A model generated the notes under the pieces. It had not been told where the DNA came from. It did no database searches and saw nothing but the letters and a program-made list of their open reading frames with translations. Of a DNA stretch of 64,000 bases, positions 18,614 through 28,506 are shown piece by piece; within the stretch, counting starts at the first letter, position 1, and each line of letters opens with the position of its first letter. Both the position numbers and the translations under genes were made by a program. Source of the DNA: Candidatus Coatesbacteria bacterium (lineage in GTDB: Bacteria; RBG-13-66-14). The stretch lies in contig WJLX01000012.1 in assembly GCA_014728225.1 (NCBI GenBank), positions 591-64,590 of the forward strand. Direction: 5' to 3'.

Positions 18614-19474
18614 CTAGCCGAAGCTCAGCACGACCTGGATCTTGTCCAGGATCATCAGTACGCCCAGGGCCACCAGTAGCAGACCGCCGATGATCTCGAC
18701 GACCTTCATATGCTTCTTGACCTTCTCGAAGAAGTTCAGGGCGGCGTCGATGGCCAGGGCCGTCAGGATGAAGGGAATGCCGATGCCGATGCCGAAGGCG
18801 GCCAGCAGGATCACCGCCCCCCAGACGTTGGCCTGCAGGGCCATACCGATGATCCCACCCAGAAAGCCGCTGGTGCAGGCGCTGAAGGCGAAAGCGAAGG
18901 TCAGACCCATCAGGAAGCTGCCCACCAGGGTGCCGCTCTTACCTTTGAAGCTGCCGCCGCCGCCGATATAGTTGAGCACGGGGATGTTGACGAAGCCGGT
19001 CATGTGCAGGCCGAAGAGGACGACGATGTGCCCCAGCACCATGAAGAAGATCCGGCGGAAGGGGCTGCCCGGCGCCATGTTGACGCCGATCAGGCCGAAG
19101 ACCGCGCCCAGCAGGATGTAGACCACCAGGATGCCGAGGAAGAAGAACAGGGCGTTGAAGAACATCTTGCGCAGGTTGGCCCGCTTGCGCTTCTTCTTCT
19201 CCTCGGGGGGCAGGGCGTCCAGCTCCTCGCCCTTGAGCTGGCCCAGGGAGAGGCCGGTCATGTAGCTGATGTAGGCCGGGATCAGCGGCAGCACGCAGGG
19301 GGTGAAGAAGGTCACCAGACCCATCAGGATGGCGGTCAAGAAGCCGCCGAAGGAGAACTCCGGTGTACCGTCGACGGCGGCGAAGGCCCCCGTTGGCAGC
19401 ACCAGCAGCAGGATCACGGCGACGAACAGCAGGCGGCGCTTGGACACGTGAACACCTCCGAGGCGATTTAGCAA
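18614..19474 (-). CDS. ccdA: cytochrome c biogenesis / thiol-disulfide transfer membrane protein (CcdA/DsbD family)
   Basis: Polytopic membrane protein. Conserved TPCVLPLIP motif, plus a second Cys in FAFAFSACTSGF. Confidence 0.75.
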   Translation of the reverse strand: MLNRLGGVHVSKRRLLFVAVILLLVLPTGAFAAVDGTPEFSFGGFLTAILMGLVTFFTPCVLPLIPAYISYMTGLSLGQLKGEELDALPPEEKKKRKRANLRKMFFNALFFFLGILVVYILLGAVFGLIGVNMAPGSPFRRIFFMVLGHIVVLFGLHMTGFVNIPVLNYIGGGGSFKGKSGTLVGSFLMGLTFAFAFSACTSGFLGGIIGMALQANVWGAVILLAAFGIGIGIPFILTALAIDAALNFFEKVKKHMKVVEIIGGLLLVALGVLMILDKIQVVLSFG

Positions 19475-19522
19475 AAACGAATGCGTTATCTTACCCCAGC
19501 GGCGGGGTGGATTGCAAGGTTG

Positions 19523-20926
19523 CTAATATCGTCCTTCCGGGCCTTCGGGTTCGGTCTCCAGCGGCGGCGGACCCGCGGCCTGGTCGACCACGGACAGGGT
19601 CAGGGCGCCGGTCTCCCGGGCCCGCTCGTCCCGGGCCAGCCCCGGCACCCATAACGGTCCGGCGGCGTCGGCGATCACGGGGACGTGCTCGCGCTCCCAG
19701 GCCGGCACCCGGCTTTCGGAGAGGATCTTTTTCAGCTTTTTGGTGCCGACGCCGGACAGGCGCAGGGCGTCGCCGTCGATCCGGCTGCGCAGCGTCAGAG
19801 GCAGATCGGCGGTTTCGACGCTCAGGTGACCCAGAGAGCCCGTCATGGGTTTGTTCGACAGCTCGACCAGGTATGAACCCCACTCCCAGCGGCCGGGATC
19901 GTCCAGTTCCAGGGGCGCCGGCGGTTTGGGCAGCCGCTTCGGCCCCAGGCAGATCTTGTGCCAACTGCGGCGCAGGCGCAGGCTCTTGGGCAGATCGACG
20001 GCGGCCTGCTCGTTAGCGCCGCGGACGAGATCGGCCATCTCGACCAGGTGGGCGCTGGTCAGGTGGCCGCGCCAGCCGACGACGGCGGCCCAGACGGCGC
20101 GCAGCGTCTCGAACAGCAGGGCCTCGTGGATCTCGATCAGGCGCTGGATGCCGTAGACCTCACCCCAGGGGCCGGTGCCCAGGTAGGTCTCGGCGGCGAG
20201 TTCGTCGCCGCGGCGGCGCAGGAAGTCTCGCTGGCGCGCCAGGATGCCCGAGGCCCGGGCGATGTTGTGCAGCACCTCCGGATTGACCTGGGCCAGCAGC
20301 GGCAGGACCTGGTGACGGATCAGGTTGCGGGCGATGGCTTTGTCCCGGTTGGAGGGGTCCTCGATCCAGCCCACCCCCCGGCTGCGCAGGTAGGCCCGCA
20401 GGCGGCGGTGGCGCAGGTTGAGGAAAGGCCGCCAGAGCTCGCCGTCGTCGACGACCATCCCGGCCAGGCCGTCCAGACCCGCCCCCCGGGTCAGGTTGAC
20501 GATCAGGGTCTCGACCTGGTCCTCGAGGGTGTGCCCGAGGGTGATACGCCGGAAGCCCTCGCCGCGGCACAGCTCGCGCAGGAAGGTGTAGCGGGCCTCG
20601 CGGGCGGCGGCCTCGCCGCCGGAGCGGTCGGCATCCTTCCAGCGCCGCAGGTAGCTCTTGACGCCCAGCTCATCGCAGAGCTCGAGAACCCGGGAGGCGT
20701 CGGTGGTCGAGTCGGAGCGCAGCCGGTGATCGAAGTGGGCCACGGCCAACTCGAGGTCCAGTTCGGCCTCGACCAGGGCGCGCAGCAGGGCGGTGGAGTC
20801 GGCGCCGCCGGAAACGGCCACCAGCACCGGCGTACCCGGCGGCGGCGCCGAGTCGGTCAAGGCCTGGGCCAGGGGAGCAAAGGTTTCCTCGGGTGGAGTC
20901 CCTGTCTGACGGGCGGGGGGGGTCAT
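19523..20926 (-). CDS. tilS: tRNA(Ile)-lysidine synthetase
   Basis: PP-loop VAVSGGADSTALL. Length and C-terminal domain typical of TilS. Confidence 0.8.
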   Translation of the reverse strand: MTPPARQTGTPPEETFAPLAQALTDSAPPPGTPVLVAVSGGADSTALLRALVEAELDLELAVAHFDHRLRSDSTTDASRVLELCDELGVKSYLRRWKDADRSGGEAAAREARYTFLRELCRGEGFRRITLGHTLEDQVETLIVNLTRGAGLDGLAGMVVDDGELWRPFLNLRHRRLRAYLRSRGVGWIEDPSNRDKAIARNLIRHQVLPLLAQVNPEVLHNIARASGILARQRDFLRRRGDELAAETYLGTGPWGEVYGIQRLIEIHEALLFETLRAVWAAVVGWRGHLTSAHLVEMADLVRGANEQAAVDLPKSLRLRRSWHKICLGPKRLPKPPAPLELDDPGRWEWGSYLVELSNKPMTGSLGHLSVETADLPLTLRSRIDGDALRLSGVGTKKLKKILSESRVPAWEREHVPVIADAAGPLWVPGLARDERARETGALTLSVVDQAAGPPPLETEPEGPEGRY

Positions 20927-20939
20927 CGACCTCCTGCTG

Positions 20940-22508
20940 CTATTTACGGGTCGGGGCTTTGGGGTGCATCACGGCGCAGGGGATGATCATCTCGGGCATC
21001 GAGACGCCGCCGTGCTGGAAGGCGCCGGCGTAGTAGCGTCGCTGCTCGTGCTGACGGTAGGAGTAGACGAAGTTGTAGTCCTCGAGGGCGATCAGGTAGT
21101 TCTTGCCGATGCGCTCGGCGGGCAGGCGCCATTCGCCCGGACGGTCGATCAGCAGGGCGCCCTCGCCCTCGTAGCGCAGGTTCTGGCCGAACCACAACCG
21201 CAGGCCCTTGCTGGTGCGCTTGTCACAGTAGGCGATCACGGCCCGGCGGGTCTGGATGCTGCCGTGATCGGTGGTGATGACCACGGTGCAGTCGCGGCGG
21301 GCCAGCTCCTTGAGCCCGGCCAGCAGCTTCGAGTGGGCGAACCACGAGGCGGCCACGCTGCGGAAGCTCTGCGGCGTGTTGCTCATCTCGCTCAGGACGT
21401 CGAAGTAGGCCCGCTCGTGAGTCAGCACGTCGACGAAGTTGATCACCAGGGCGTAGAGGGTGGGATCACGCCAGCCGCGGAACAGCTCGGCGATATCGGC
21501 GTCGGCGCTGGTGCCGCGGGCCTTCTTGTAGCGCGGCCGTCGGGGCGGCTGGACGCCGTGGCGCTCCAGGCAGGCCCGCATCAGCTCGGCCTCGAACTTG
21601 TTCAGGCTGGCGTCCTCTTCGGAACGCTCGATCCACCAGTCGGGATACCGCTCGGCGATCTGGGCCGGGAAGAGGCCGGAGAAGATGGCGTTGCGGGCGT
21701 AGTTGGTGCTGGTGGGGATGATCGAGAAGTAGGGGAAGTCGTCGATCAGCCAGTCGGCCTCCAGGAAGCGCCGGAACAGCAGCCAGGCGTCGTAGCGCAT
21801 GGCGTCGATGACGATGAAGTACACCGGCCGTTTCTGGCCCAGGAAGGGGAAGACCACCCGGGGCAGGATGTCCGGGGCCAGCAGGGGCCGGCCGCCCTCG
21901 TCGGCGATCCAGTCGCGGTAGTTGTCGATGACGAAGCGGGCGAAGTGGGCGTCGTCCTCGCGCAGCAGTTGGTGGTGCAGGTCGTAGAGGTCGCGGTCCC
22001 GGGCGCTCTCCAGGGCGATATCCCACTTGACCAGGCTGACGTAGCGCTCCAGCCAGTCGTCGGGGTCGGCCAGCTCGTCCCGGGAGCTGTCGAGCTGGCG
22101 CAGCTCGGTCATGTAGCGCTGGACCAGGCTTTGGGCCTCCAGGGCCCGGGCCTCGAGGATGCGCTTGAGCACGCTGACCAGCTGGCTGGGCTTGACCGGC
22201 TTGACGACGAAGTCGTCGGCCGCCAGGCCGTAAGCCTCGTTCATCAGCTCCTCCTGCTCCCCCTTGGTGACCATCACCACGGGGAGCTCGGGGCGGATGC
22301 GCTTGAGTTCGGCCAGGGTCTCGGTGCCGGTCAGGCCCATCATCTGCTCGTCGAGGAGGACGAGGTCGAAGTGCTGCTCCAGCACGGCGCGCAGGGCGTC
22401 GTCGCCGTTGGTGACCCCGGCCACCTCGTAGCCCCGGCGCTTGAGGTACAGCACCTGGGAGCGCAGCAGCTCGATCTCGTCATCGACCCAGAGGATCTGC
22501 TTCTTCAT
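20940..22508 (-). CDS. porX: PorX-like response regulator (REC receiver + PglZ/alkaline-phosphatase-like domain)
   Basis: MKKQILWVDDEIELLRSQVLYLKRRGYEV... 522 aa. The domain order and many residues match how I remember Porphyromonas PorX: ILWADDEIDLL, PVVMVTK, YARNAIFSGL, FQHGG. Confidence 0.8.
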   Translation of the reverse strand: MKKQILWVDDEIELLRSQVLYLKRRGYEVAGVTNGDDALRAVLEQHFDLVLLDEQMMGLTGTETLAELKRIRPELPVVMVTKGEQEELMNEAYGLAADDFVVKPVKPSQLVSVLKRILEARALEAQSLVQRYMTELRQLDSSRDELADPDDWLERYVSLVKWDIALESARDRDLYDLHHQLLREDDAHFARFVIDNYRDWIADEGGRPLLAPDILPRVVFPFLGQKRPVYFIVIDAMRYDAWLLFRRFLEADWLIDDFPYFSIIPTSTNYARNAIFSGLFPAQIAERYPDWWIERSEEDASLNKFEAELMRACLERHGVQPPRRPRYKKARGTSADADIAELFRGWRDPTLYALVINFVDVLTHERAYFDVLSEMSNTPQSFRSVAASWFAHSKLLAGLKELARRDCTVVITTDHGSIQTRRAVIAYCDKRTSKGLRLWFGQNLRYEGEGALLIDRPGEWRLPAERIGKNYLIALEDYNFVYSYRQHEQRRYYAGAFQHGGVSMPEMIIPCAVMHPKAPTRK

Positions 22509-22561
22509 CGGCGGCTCTCTTCCAGGATCCCCCGGTTAACGTTACGGACGGCCCGCCGGTT

Positions 22562-23815
22562 TCAAATCTGTCCGGCCGGGGCGAGCTCGATGGTGAAGGT
22601 GGTGCCTTCGCCGAGGCGGGAATCGACACTGATCCGCCCGTGGTGGTAGTCGCTGATGATCCGCTTGGCCAGGGTCAAGCCCAGGCCCCAGCCGCGGTGC
22701 TTGGAGCTCTTGCCGGCGTCGAAGGCGTGACGCCGCATGTGGCGGGTCATCCCCGGGCCGTCGTCGGCGATCTTGATCACGACCAGGTCGCCCCGGCGTT
22801 CGAGGGTGACCTCGATGGAGCCCACCGGGGTGCTGACGCCGGGATCCAGGGCCTGCTCGACGCGGCGCTCCCGGGCCTCGCGGGTGCGGGCGCCGGCCTC
22901 GGCAGCGTTGCGGATCAGGTTCTCCAGCACCCAGCCGAAGAGGATCGGGTTGAGGGGCACCGGCGGCGTGTCCTCCAGCCGCGTCTTCAGGGCGACGTTG
23001 GCCAGGCTGATCCGTTTCCGGCAGTATTCGACGGCCTCTTCGACCACGGGCCGCGGGTTCAACGGCTCCAGCTCCGGGGCCGAGCCGACCACGGCGAAGC
23101 GGTTGACGATGGCCTCCAGCCGGCCGATGTCCGAGGCCAGCTCGGGCAAAACGTCGGGCAGGCTGGCCGGGTCGTCCTTGAGCAGCTCCAGCCAGCCCAG
23201 CAAACTGGAAACCGGCGTGCCGAGCTGGTGGGCCGTCTCCTTGGCCAGACCGACCCAGATGGCCTGCTGCTGGGACAGACGGAAGCGGTGGTTGGCGTAC
23301 AGCCCCAGCCCGCCGAAGAGGATGATGAAGCCGATGCCCACGCCGGGCACCCAGGCCAGGGAGCGGATGAAGTCGGGCAGGCGGTAGTGCAGGCGGAACA
23401 GCTCGCGCTCGAAGACTTCGCCGGTGGCTCGGTGGGTCTTGCGCTGGACCAGGCTGACCGGTTCGTTGGCCTCGTCCATCTCCTTGGCGATGCGCAGGAT
23501 CTCCAGGCGGGAATCGCTGTCGACGGGTTTGAGTCCGCCGGGCATGTTGCGCGAGGTGACGATCCGGCCGTCGACGGTGGTGACGACGGCGGGAAAGTCC
23601 AGCATCCCGCGCAGGCTCTCGACGATCTCGTCGAGCAGCCCCTGGGGGACCTCGGTGGCCGAGAGGATGGCCGACGAGACGTCGGCGTAGGCCAGGGCGA
23701 CGCTGCGGTACTCGTCCTCGAGGCGGTTGATCAACAGGTTGGAGTAGACGAACAACCCGACGCCGACGAGGACGAAGAGCAGGATGAAGTACAGGGTGAT
23801 CCGCCGTAGAACCAT
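22562..23815 (-). CDS. porY: sensor histidine kinase (PorY-like), cognate of the PorX-like regulator
   Basis: Two TM segments. H-box HQLGTPVSSLLGWLELL. HATPase_c motifs NAAEAG and DDGPGM, plus GWGLGL. Sits immediately upstream of porX in the same orientation. Confidence 0.7.
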   Translation of the reverse strand: MVLRRITLYFILLFVLVGVGLFVYSNLLINRLEDEYRSVALAYADVSSAILSATEVPQGLLDEIVESLRGMLDFPAVVTTVDGRIVTSRNMPGGLKPVDSDSRLEILRIAKEMDEANEPVSLVQRKTHRATGEVFERELFRLHYRLPDFIRSLAWVPGVGIGFIILFGGLGLYANHRFRLSQQQAIWVGLAKETAHQLGTPVSSLLGWLELLKDDPASLPDVLPELASDIGRLEAIVNRFAVVGSAPELEPLNPRPVVEEAVEYCRKRISLANVALKTRLEDTPPVPLNPILFGWVLENLIRNAAEAGARTREARERRVEQALDPGVSTPVGSIEVTLERRGDLVVIKIADDGPGMTRHMRRHAFDAGKSSKHRGWGLGLTLAKRIISDYHHGRISVDSRLGEGTTFTIELAPAGQI

Positions 23816-23816
23816 C

Positions 23817-24326
23817 TCAATCGCCCGGGGGGGTCTCCAACAGCAATCCGGCCTCGCGCTCGCAGGTCGCCGCCAGCTCGCTGAGGTGGCCGACCAGACC
23901 GGCGGGCTCGACGACGACGGGCAGGTCCAGGGCCAGGTACAAGCGGCGGCCGTCGGGGTGCAGGGCGTACTTGTAGCCCGCCAGGGCGAAGCTGCGCTCC
24001 AGGGCCCGGCGGGCCAGGGCAGCGCCCAGCAGGGGCGGGGTTTCGCCGTCGGCCGGGGCCGGCAGCTCCACCAGCAGGGCGCTCAGGAACAGCCGACCCT
24101 CGTCCAGATAGACGGTGATCCGCCAGTCACTGCGCCGGCCGGCGTAATCGACGTACAGGCGTCGGGGCTCGGCGGGATCGCTGGTGACCGTCAGCCCGGC
24201 CTCTTCGAGGGCTTGCAGGTATTCGACGGGGGCGGGCGGTTCCGCGTCGGTGGTCGGGGGCGTCGCGGCGGTCGCGGCGGCCAGGGCCGCGATGAGCAGT
24301 ACCGGCGCTGCCGACCGCTGCTTCAT
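23817..24326 (-). CDS. secreted hypothetical protein
   Basis: Start at MKQRSAAPVLLIAALAAATA (signal peptide). No recognisable catalytic motif. Confidence 0.4.
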   Translation of the reverse strand: MKQRSAAPVLLIAALAAATAATPPTTDAEPPAPVEYLQALEEAGLTVTSDPAEPRRLYVDYAGRRSDWRITVYLDEGRLFLSALLVELPAPADGETPPLLGAALARRALERSFALAGYKYALHPDGRRLYLALDLPVVVEPAGLVGHLSELAATCEREAGLLLETPPGD

Positions 24327-24356
24327 GCTTTGGGGAAACCTCATTCCGGCGTCGCC

Positions 24357-25292
24357 TCAGGGAAAGACCGCCAGTCCGCGCAGCTCGCCCTCGACGGGCG
24401 CCAGCAGCTCGATCCGGCCCGCGGCCGAGGTGCCCAGCCGGCGGTAGATACCCGGACCGGCCTCGAGTTCGGCATAGAAAAGAACGCTCTCGTTGTCGGT
24501 TTCGACGATCGGGAACAGCTCGTCGCCGGGCTCGTCGGTCAGCCGGCGCAGTCCGCTGTTGTCGACGTTATAGAGGAACAGGTCGTAATCGCCCAGTCCC
24601 TCCGGGGAGTCGGGATGGATGACGCCGCCGCGGTTGGAGGCGAAGACCAACCAGCGGGCGTCGTGGCTCCAGGAGGGTTGGATGTTGTCGGCGTGGTCCT
24701 CGACGAGGCCGTCGAACAGCTTGACACCGTGGTCGTAGCGCCAGATGTCCCGGCCCGAGGAGACGGCCTCGCCGGGATGGAGCTCGGCGTCGACGGTCAG
24801 GGCGAGGAAGTTGCCCCGCTGGTCCCAGCGGGCGTCGACGACACCGTTGTACAGCTCGGTGTTGACGTCCAGGGACGGAGAAACGCCCGGCTCGGTCAGG
24901 ACGCGCAGCACCGGGCCGTCGGAGTCGTAGGCCAGGTAGACGACGCCCTCGTTCCAGCTTACCGGGGCCGGAAAGCGGTCGTCGATCAGATTGTGCGTCA
25001 GCTTCTCGACCTCGCCGCCGTCGACGGGGACGCGGTAGATGTCCCAGTCGCCGTCGGCGTCCGAGGCGAAGAAAACCCACTCGCCGTCGCTGGAAAAGGC
25101 CGGCGAGGTCTTGTCGCCCCCGGTGAAGGTCAGCTGTTCGGTCGTCTCCTGCGTCCGATCGAAGAGGTAGACCTCGTCGGAGACGCCCCGGGAGGCGACG
25201 TAGGCCAGGCGGGGTTCGACGTTGCCGGCGCAGCCGGCGGCGAGCAGGGCCGTCGCCGCGGCGAATACGATAAATGGCTTGCTGCGGAACAT
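24357..25292 (-). CDS. TolB-like beta-propeller lipoprotein (PD40/WD40-like repeats)
   Basis: Lipobox LLAAGC after Met at codon 17. Repeated DG..IYF.S.R.G..DIY.. propeller blades. Confidence 0.6.
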   Translation of the reverse strand: MFRSKPFIVFAAATALLAAGCAGNVEPRLAYVASRGVSDEVYLFDRTQETTEQLTFTGGDKTSPAFSSDGEWVFFASDADGDWDIYRVPVDGGEVEKLTHNLIDDRFPAPVSWNEGVVYLAYDSDGPVLRVLTEPGVSPSLDVNTELYNGVVDARWDQRGNFLALTVDAELHPGEAVSSGRDIWRYDHGVKLFDGLVEDHADNIQPSWSHDARWLVFASNRGGVIHPDSPEGLGDYDLFLYNVDNSGLRRLTDEPGDELFPIVETDNESVLFYAELEAGPGIYRRLGTSAAGRIELLAPVEGELRGLAVFP

Positions 25293-25370
25293 CGCTTCTC
25301 TCCAGGCTGGGGAGGGGTCGGAACTCACGCCCGGTAGCATAGCAGATTGGAGCCGGTGCGGTAAAGCGGC

Positions 25371-27539
25371 TCAGTCGGCGAAGGGCTGGAGACCCAGCAG
25401 GTGGTTGGAGTTCTGATCGACGAGGTAGAGCTCCTCGACGCTGCTCCCGGCCACGGACCAGGGTCGCAGGGTCTCGACGTCGGGCTCACCGAGGTGCGAA
25501 GGCGCCACCAGCTCCAAGCGCTCGCCCCGGCGACGCACCGCCCGCAGGTCGATGGTTCCCAGGTGCTCCAGGGCCGGAGCGGCGGCGGCGGGGTTGCCGC
25601 CGTAGAGGTTGTCGGAACCTGCTCCGCGGCGGACCGGCCGGGTGGCGTCGAAGAACTGCAGCCGGTTGTTGTCGCCGCCCTCGGCCACCACCAACACGCC
25701 CTCCCGGGTGACCGTCAGGTCCGTCGGGGTGCGCAGTTGGCCCGGACCGTTGCCGTAGACGTCGAGTTCACCCAGGTAGTCGCCGGCGAAGCTGTAGATG
25801 ATGATCCGGTTGGCAGAGAGGTCGATGACGTACAGCCGGCCGTCGGGTCCGACGGCCAGGCGCGTCGGCTGGGCCAGGGCCGCCCCCCGGGCCGGGCGGA
25901 CGCCGATCTCCAGGTCCCAGCGCCCCGAGGGGCCCCAGCCCTGGAGCCGGTGGTTGAGGGTGTCGGCGACCAGCAGGAACCCGCCGTGATGAACGACGTC
26001 CTGGGGCCGGTTGAGGCTGCCCGGGGCGTCGCCGATCTTGCCCCGGCTGTTGTACAGGTAGCTGCCGTCAGGATCGTACTGCTTGATCGTCGAGTTGTGG
26101 GTGTCGGCGATCCAGACGCCGCCGTCGTCGTCGACGGCCACGGCGCTGGGGCCGGAGAGGGCGCCCTCGCCCCGGTGATCGCCGAAGCAGATCAGCGGCG
26201 CCCGGCGGCGGGAAGCGCTCTCGCGCTTGAGGGTTTCCAGATAGGTCCGCAGCGGCAGGCGGTGGACCCGGTTCTGGTTGTACTCGATGATGAAGAGATC
26301 GCCGCGGTGTTCGTCGACGTAGTAGGGATGCAGGCGCTGGAGCCCCAGGCTCGGCCTGGCGCTCAGGTCCCAGGCCCGCAAAGTGGTCAGCCCCGCCAGT
26401 CGCCGACGCAGGAGCTGGAGCTCCTCCCGATCGCCGACGGTCTCCTCGTTCGGCCGGGGCGGTCGCTGCGGAGCGTGGCGACGCTCGATCCGGCGCGGCG
26501 GCGGCGGGTTGTCGACCAGGGTCAACTCGACGTCGGCCTCGGCGGACAAAGTTGCGGGCGCGGCGGCGCCGGAGCGGGGCTCGGTCCTGCGGCGACGGGG
26601 CTTGACGGGTTCGGGACGCCTCAGGGGTCGCGGTGTGCGCCCCGCCAGATAGACCCGGTTGCGCCCGGCGTTCTTGGCGGCGTAAACCGCCTTGTCCGCG
26701 GCGTGGAGGACGGCGGCCCCGTCGGCGCCGTCCTCCGGATAGAGCCCGACGCCCAGGCTGGCGGTGACCCGGAAGCTGATGCCCTTCTCGGGCACGGGAA
26801 CGGTCTCGGCGGCCAGCTCGCGCCGGACCTTCTCGGCGATGCGGGCGCTTTTGGCCAGGTCGGCGTCGACCAGGATCAGGACCATCTCCTCGCCGCCCCG
26901 GCGCACGGCGAAGTCGCCGTCCCCCGCCGAGCGGCGCAGAACCGCGGCGGCGCTGCGCAGGGCGCGGTCGCCCACGGCGTGGCCGTAGGTGTCGTTGACC
27001 GATTTGAAGTGATCGAGGTCCAGCATCACCACGCCGTAGCGGCCGAAGCGCTCGGCGGCTTCACCGAAGCGGCGTTCCAGCTCGTCCTGACTGTAAAGCC
27101 CGGTCAGGGTGTCGAGCTGGGAGAGCTTGTCGTTGATGATCCCGGTCAGCAGCTCGACGAAGCCGCCGCAGGCCTGGAAGTCGTGTTCGCCCAGCTTGTG
27201 CGGCGGTTCGAGACCGAAGATCTCCAACCGACCGTAGAGCTGACCGCGGTGGTGCAGGGGCAGGGAGAAAACGGGGCTGCGGGCCTCGTTGCCATCCCCC
27301 GCCCCGGGCAGTTCGAGATAGCTCAACTCGGCGTCCTTGCCCGGGCTGCCCACGGGACGCTTGTCGAACAACGGGCAGTAGCGCGGATACCAGACCAGAC
27401 GCGGACGGCGGCAGGCCGTGATCCGGGTCAGGTGCTCCAAAACGGCGCGGAAGACCTCGACGATGTCGTCGGAGTTCCGCGACAGCTTCATCAGCTCGGT
27501 GAACGAGCCGGCGATACTGAAGTCGTCGCTCGCAGCCAC
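25371..27539 (-). CDS. diguanylate-cyclase (GGDEF) domain protein fused to C-terminal NHL-repeat beta-propeller
   Basis: GGDEF core: LDLDHFKSVNDTYGHAVGDRAL...RRGGEEMVLIL, i.e. a GGEEM variant. Pro/Arg-rich linker. Then NHL-like repeats (LNRPQDVVHHGGFLLVADTLNHRLQ; RLYVIDLSANRIIIY). Confidence 0.7.
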   Translation of the reverse strand: MAASDDFSIAGSFTELMKLSRNSDDIVEVFRAVLEHLTRITACRRPRLVWYPRYCPLFDKRPVGSPGKDAELSYLELPGAGDGNEARSPVFSLPLHHRGQLYGRLEIFGLEPPHKLGEHDFQACGGFVELLTGIINDKLSQLDTLTGLYSQDELERRFGEAAERFGRYGVVMLDLDHFKSVNDTYGHAVGDRALRSAAAVLRRSAGDGDFAVRRGGEEMVLILVDADLAKSARIAEKVRRELAAETVPVPEKGISFRVTASLGVGLYPEDGADGAAVLHAADKAVYAAKNAGRNRVYLAGRTPRPLRRPEPVKPRRRRTEPRSGAAAPATLSAEADVELTLVDNPPPPRRIERRHAPQRPPRPNEETVGDREELQLLRRRLAGLTTLRAWDLSARPSLGLQRLHPYYVDEHRGDLFIIEYNQNRVHRLPLRTYLETLKRESASRRRAPLICFGDHRGEGALSGPSAVAVDDDGGVWIADTHNSTIKQYDPDGSYLYNSRGKIGDAPGSLNRPQDVVHHGGFLLVADTLNHRLQGWGPSGRWDLEIGVRPARGAALAQPTRLAVGPDGRLYVIDLSANRIIIYSFAGDYLGELDVYGNGPGQLRTPTDLTVTREGVLVVAEGGDNNRLQFFDATRPVRRGAGSDNLYGGNPAAAAPALEHLGTIDLRAVRRRGERLELVAPSHLGEPDVETLRPWSVAGSSVEELYLVDQNSNHLLGLQPFAD

Positions 27540-27680
27540 GTCCCTAGCTTACCACGAGCGACCGTCGCAGACCAGGGGTTGCTCGACCGCCGTCTTGACC
27601 GGCGGCGGGCGCCGTGGTAGGGTTTTGCCGTTGGGCAAACCCACGCGAGCCCCGTCTCGACAACAATGGACGGTCGAACC

Positions 27681-28199
27681 ATGGGCGCCGTCAAGCGCTT
27701 CTTCACCCGCATCAAGGACTGGCTGCTGGGCAACCGGGACCCCCGGGAGATCGCCCTCGGCCTGGCCCTGGGCGCCGCGATCTCGGTCACCCCCCTGGTC
27801 GGCTTCCACGCCGTGCTGGCCGTCCTGCTGTCCTCGATCACCCCGGCCAACCGCCTGGCCGCCCTGGCCGCCACCCAGGTCGGCAATCCCCTGACCCTGC
27901 CCTTCTGGTTCTGGCTGGAGATCGAGATCGGCGGCTGGATCACCGGCACGATCATCGAGACCCGGCTGGACTTCACCAGCGTCGAGAGCGTCTTCCAGTC
28001 CCTGGGCGGCTTCCTCGGCGAGGCCGCCCTGCCCTGGATGATCGGTGCCGGCCTGCTCAGCGTCGCCGTCGGCTTCAGCGTCTACTACCTGACCATCCTC
28101 GTCGCCAAGCTCCTCCACCTGCGGATGCGCCGCAGACTGCTCGTCGAGGAGGCCCGCCGCGCCGCCGAAGAAGCAGCCGGAGAGAACGACGGCTGCTGA
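27681..28199 (+). CDS. DUF2062-family membrane protein
   Basis: Start MGAVKRFFTRIKDWLL. Motif GLALGAAISVTPLVGFHAVLAVLL...GNPLTLPFWF typical of DUF2062. Confidence 0.55.
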   Translation: MGAVKRFFTRIKDWLLGNRDPREIALGLALGAAISVTPLVGFHAVLAVLLSSITPANRLAALAATQVGNPLTLPFWFWLEIEIGGWITGTIIETRLDFTSVESVFQSLGGFLGEAALPWMIGAGLLSVAVGFSVYYLTILVAKLLHLRMRRRLLVEEARRAAEEAAGENDGC

Positions 28200-28200
28200 A

Positions 28201-28361
28201 CCGCGAACGACCTCGACGGACGCCAGCCACGCCAGCCCCCCGAGCCGGCACGGTTTTTGCGGAGGCGAACCGTCGCCGTCGCTCCGACGGCCGCCGAGCT
28301 GCAAAAACCGTGCCGGCTCGGGGGGCGAGGTCGAAAGACGGGCCGTCGAGGTCGTTCGCGG
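28201..28361. repeat. nested palindromic repeat element, copy E (core 28236..28326, GGAGGC-first, GAGCCGG variant)
   Basis: Core CCCCCGAGCCGGCACGGTTTTTGC GGAGGC ... GCCGAGCTGC AAAAACCGTGCCGGCTCGGGGGG. Outer inverted repeat CCGCGAACGACCTCGACGG (28201-28219) / CCGTCGAGGTCGTTCGCGG (28343-28361). Confidence 0.8.
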
Positions 28362-28506
28362 GGTCAATGTCCGTAAGCGAGCGTTGGCCTCCACACCGCC
28401 GCGCGCCGGCGGTCTTTCACTCCGTCGCCCTGTGGTGGTAAACTGGTGAGGTTGCGTGACCGGGCGTACGCGAACCAATCCGACGCTCACGAAAGGGAGG
28501 CGCGAA

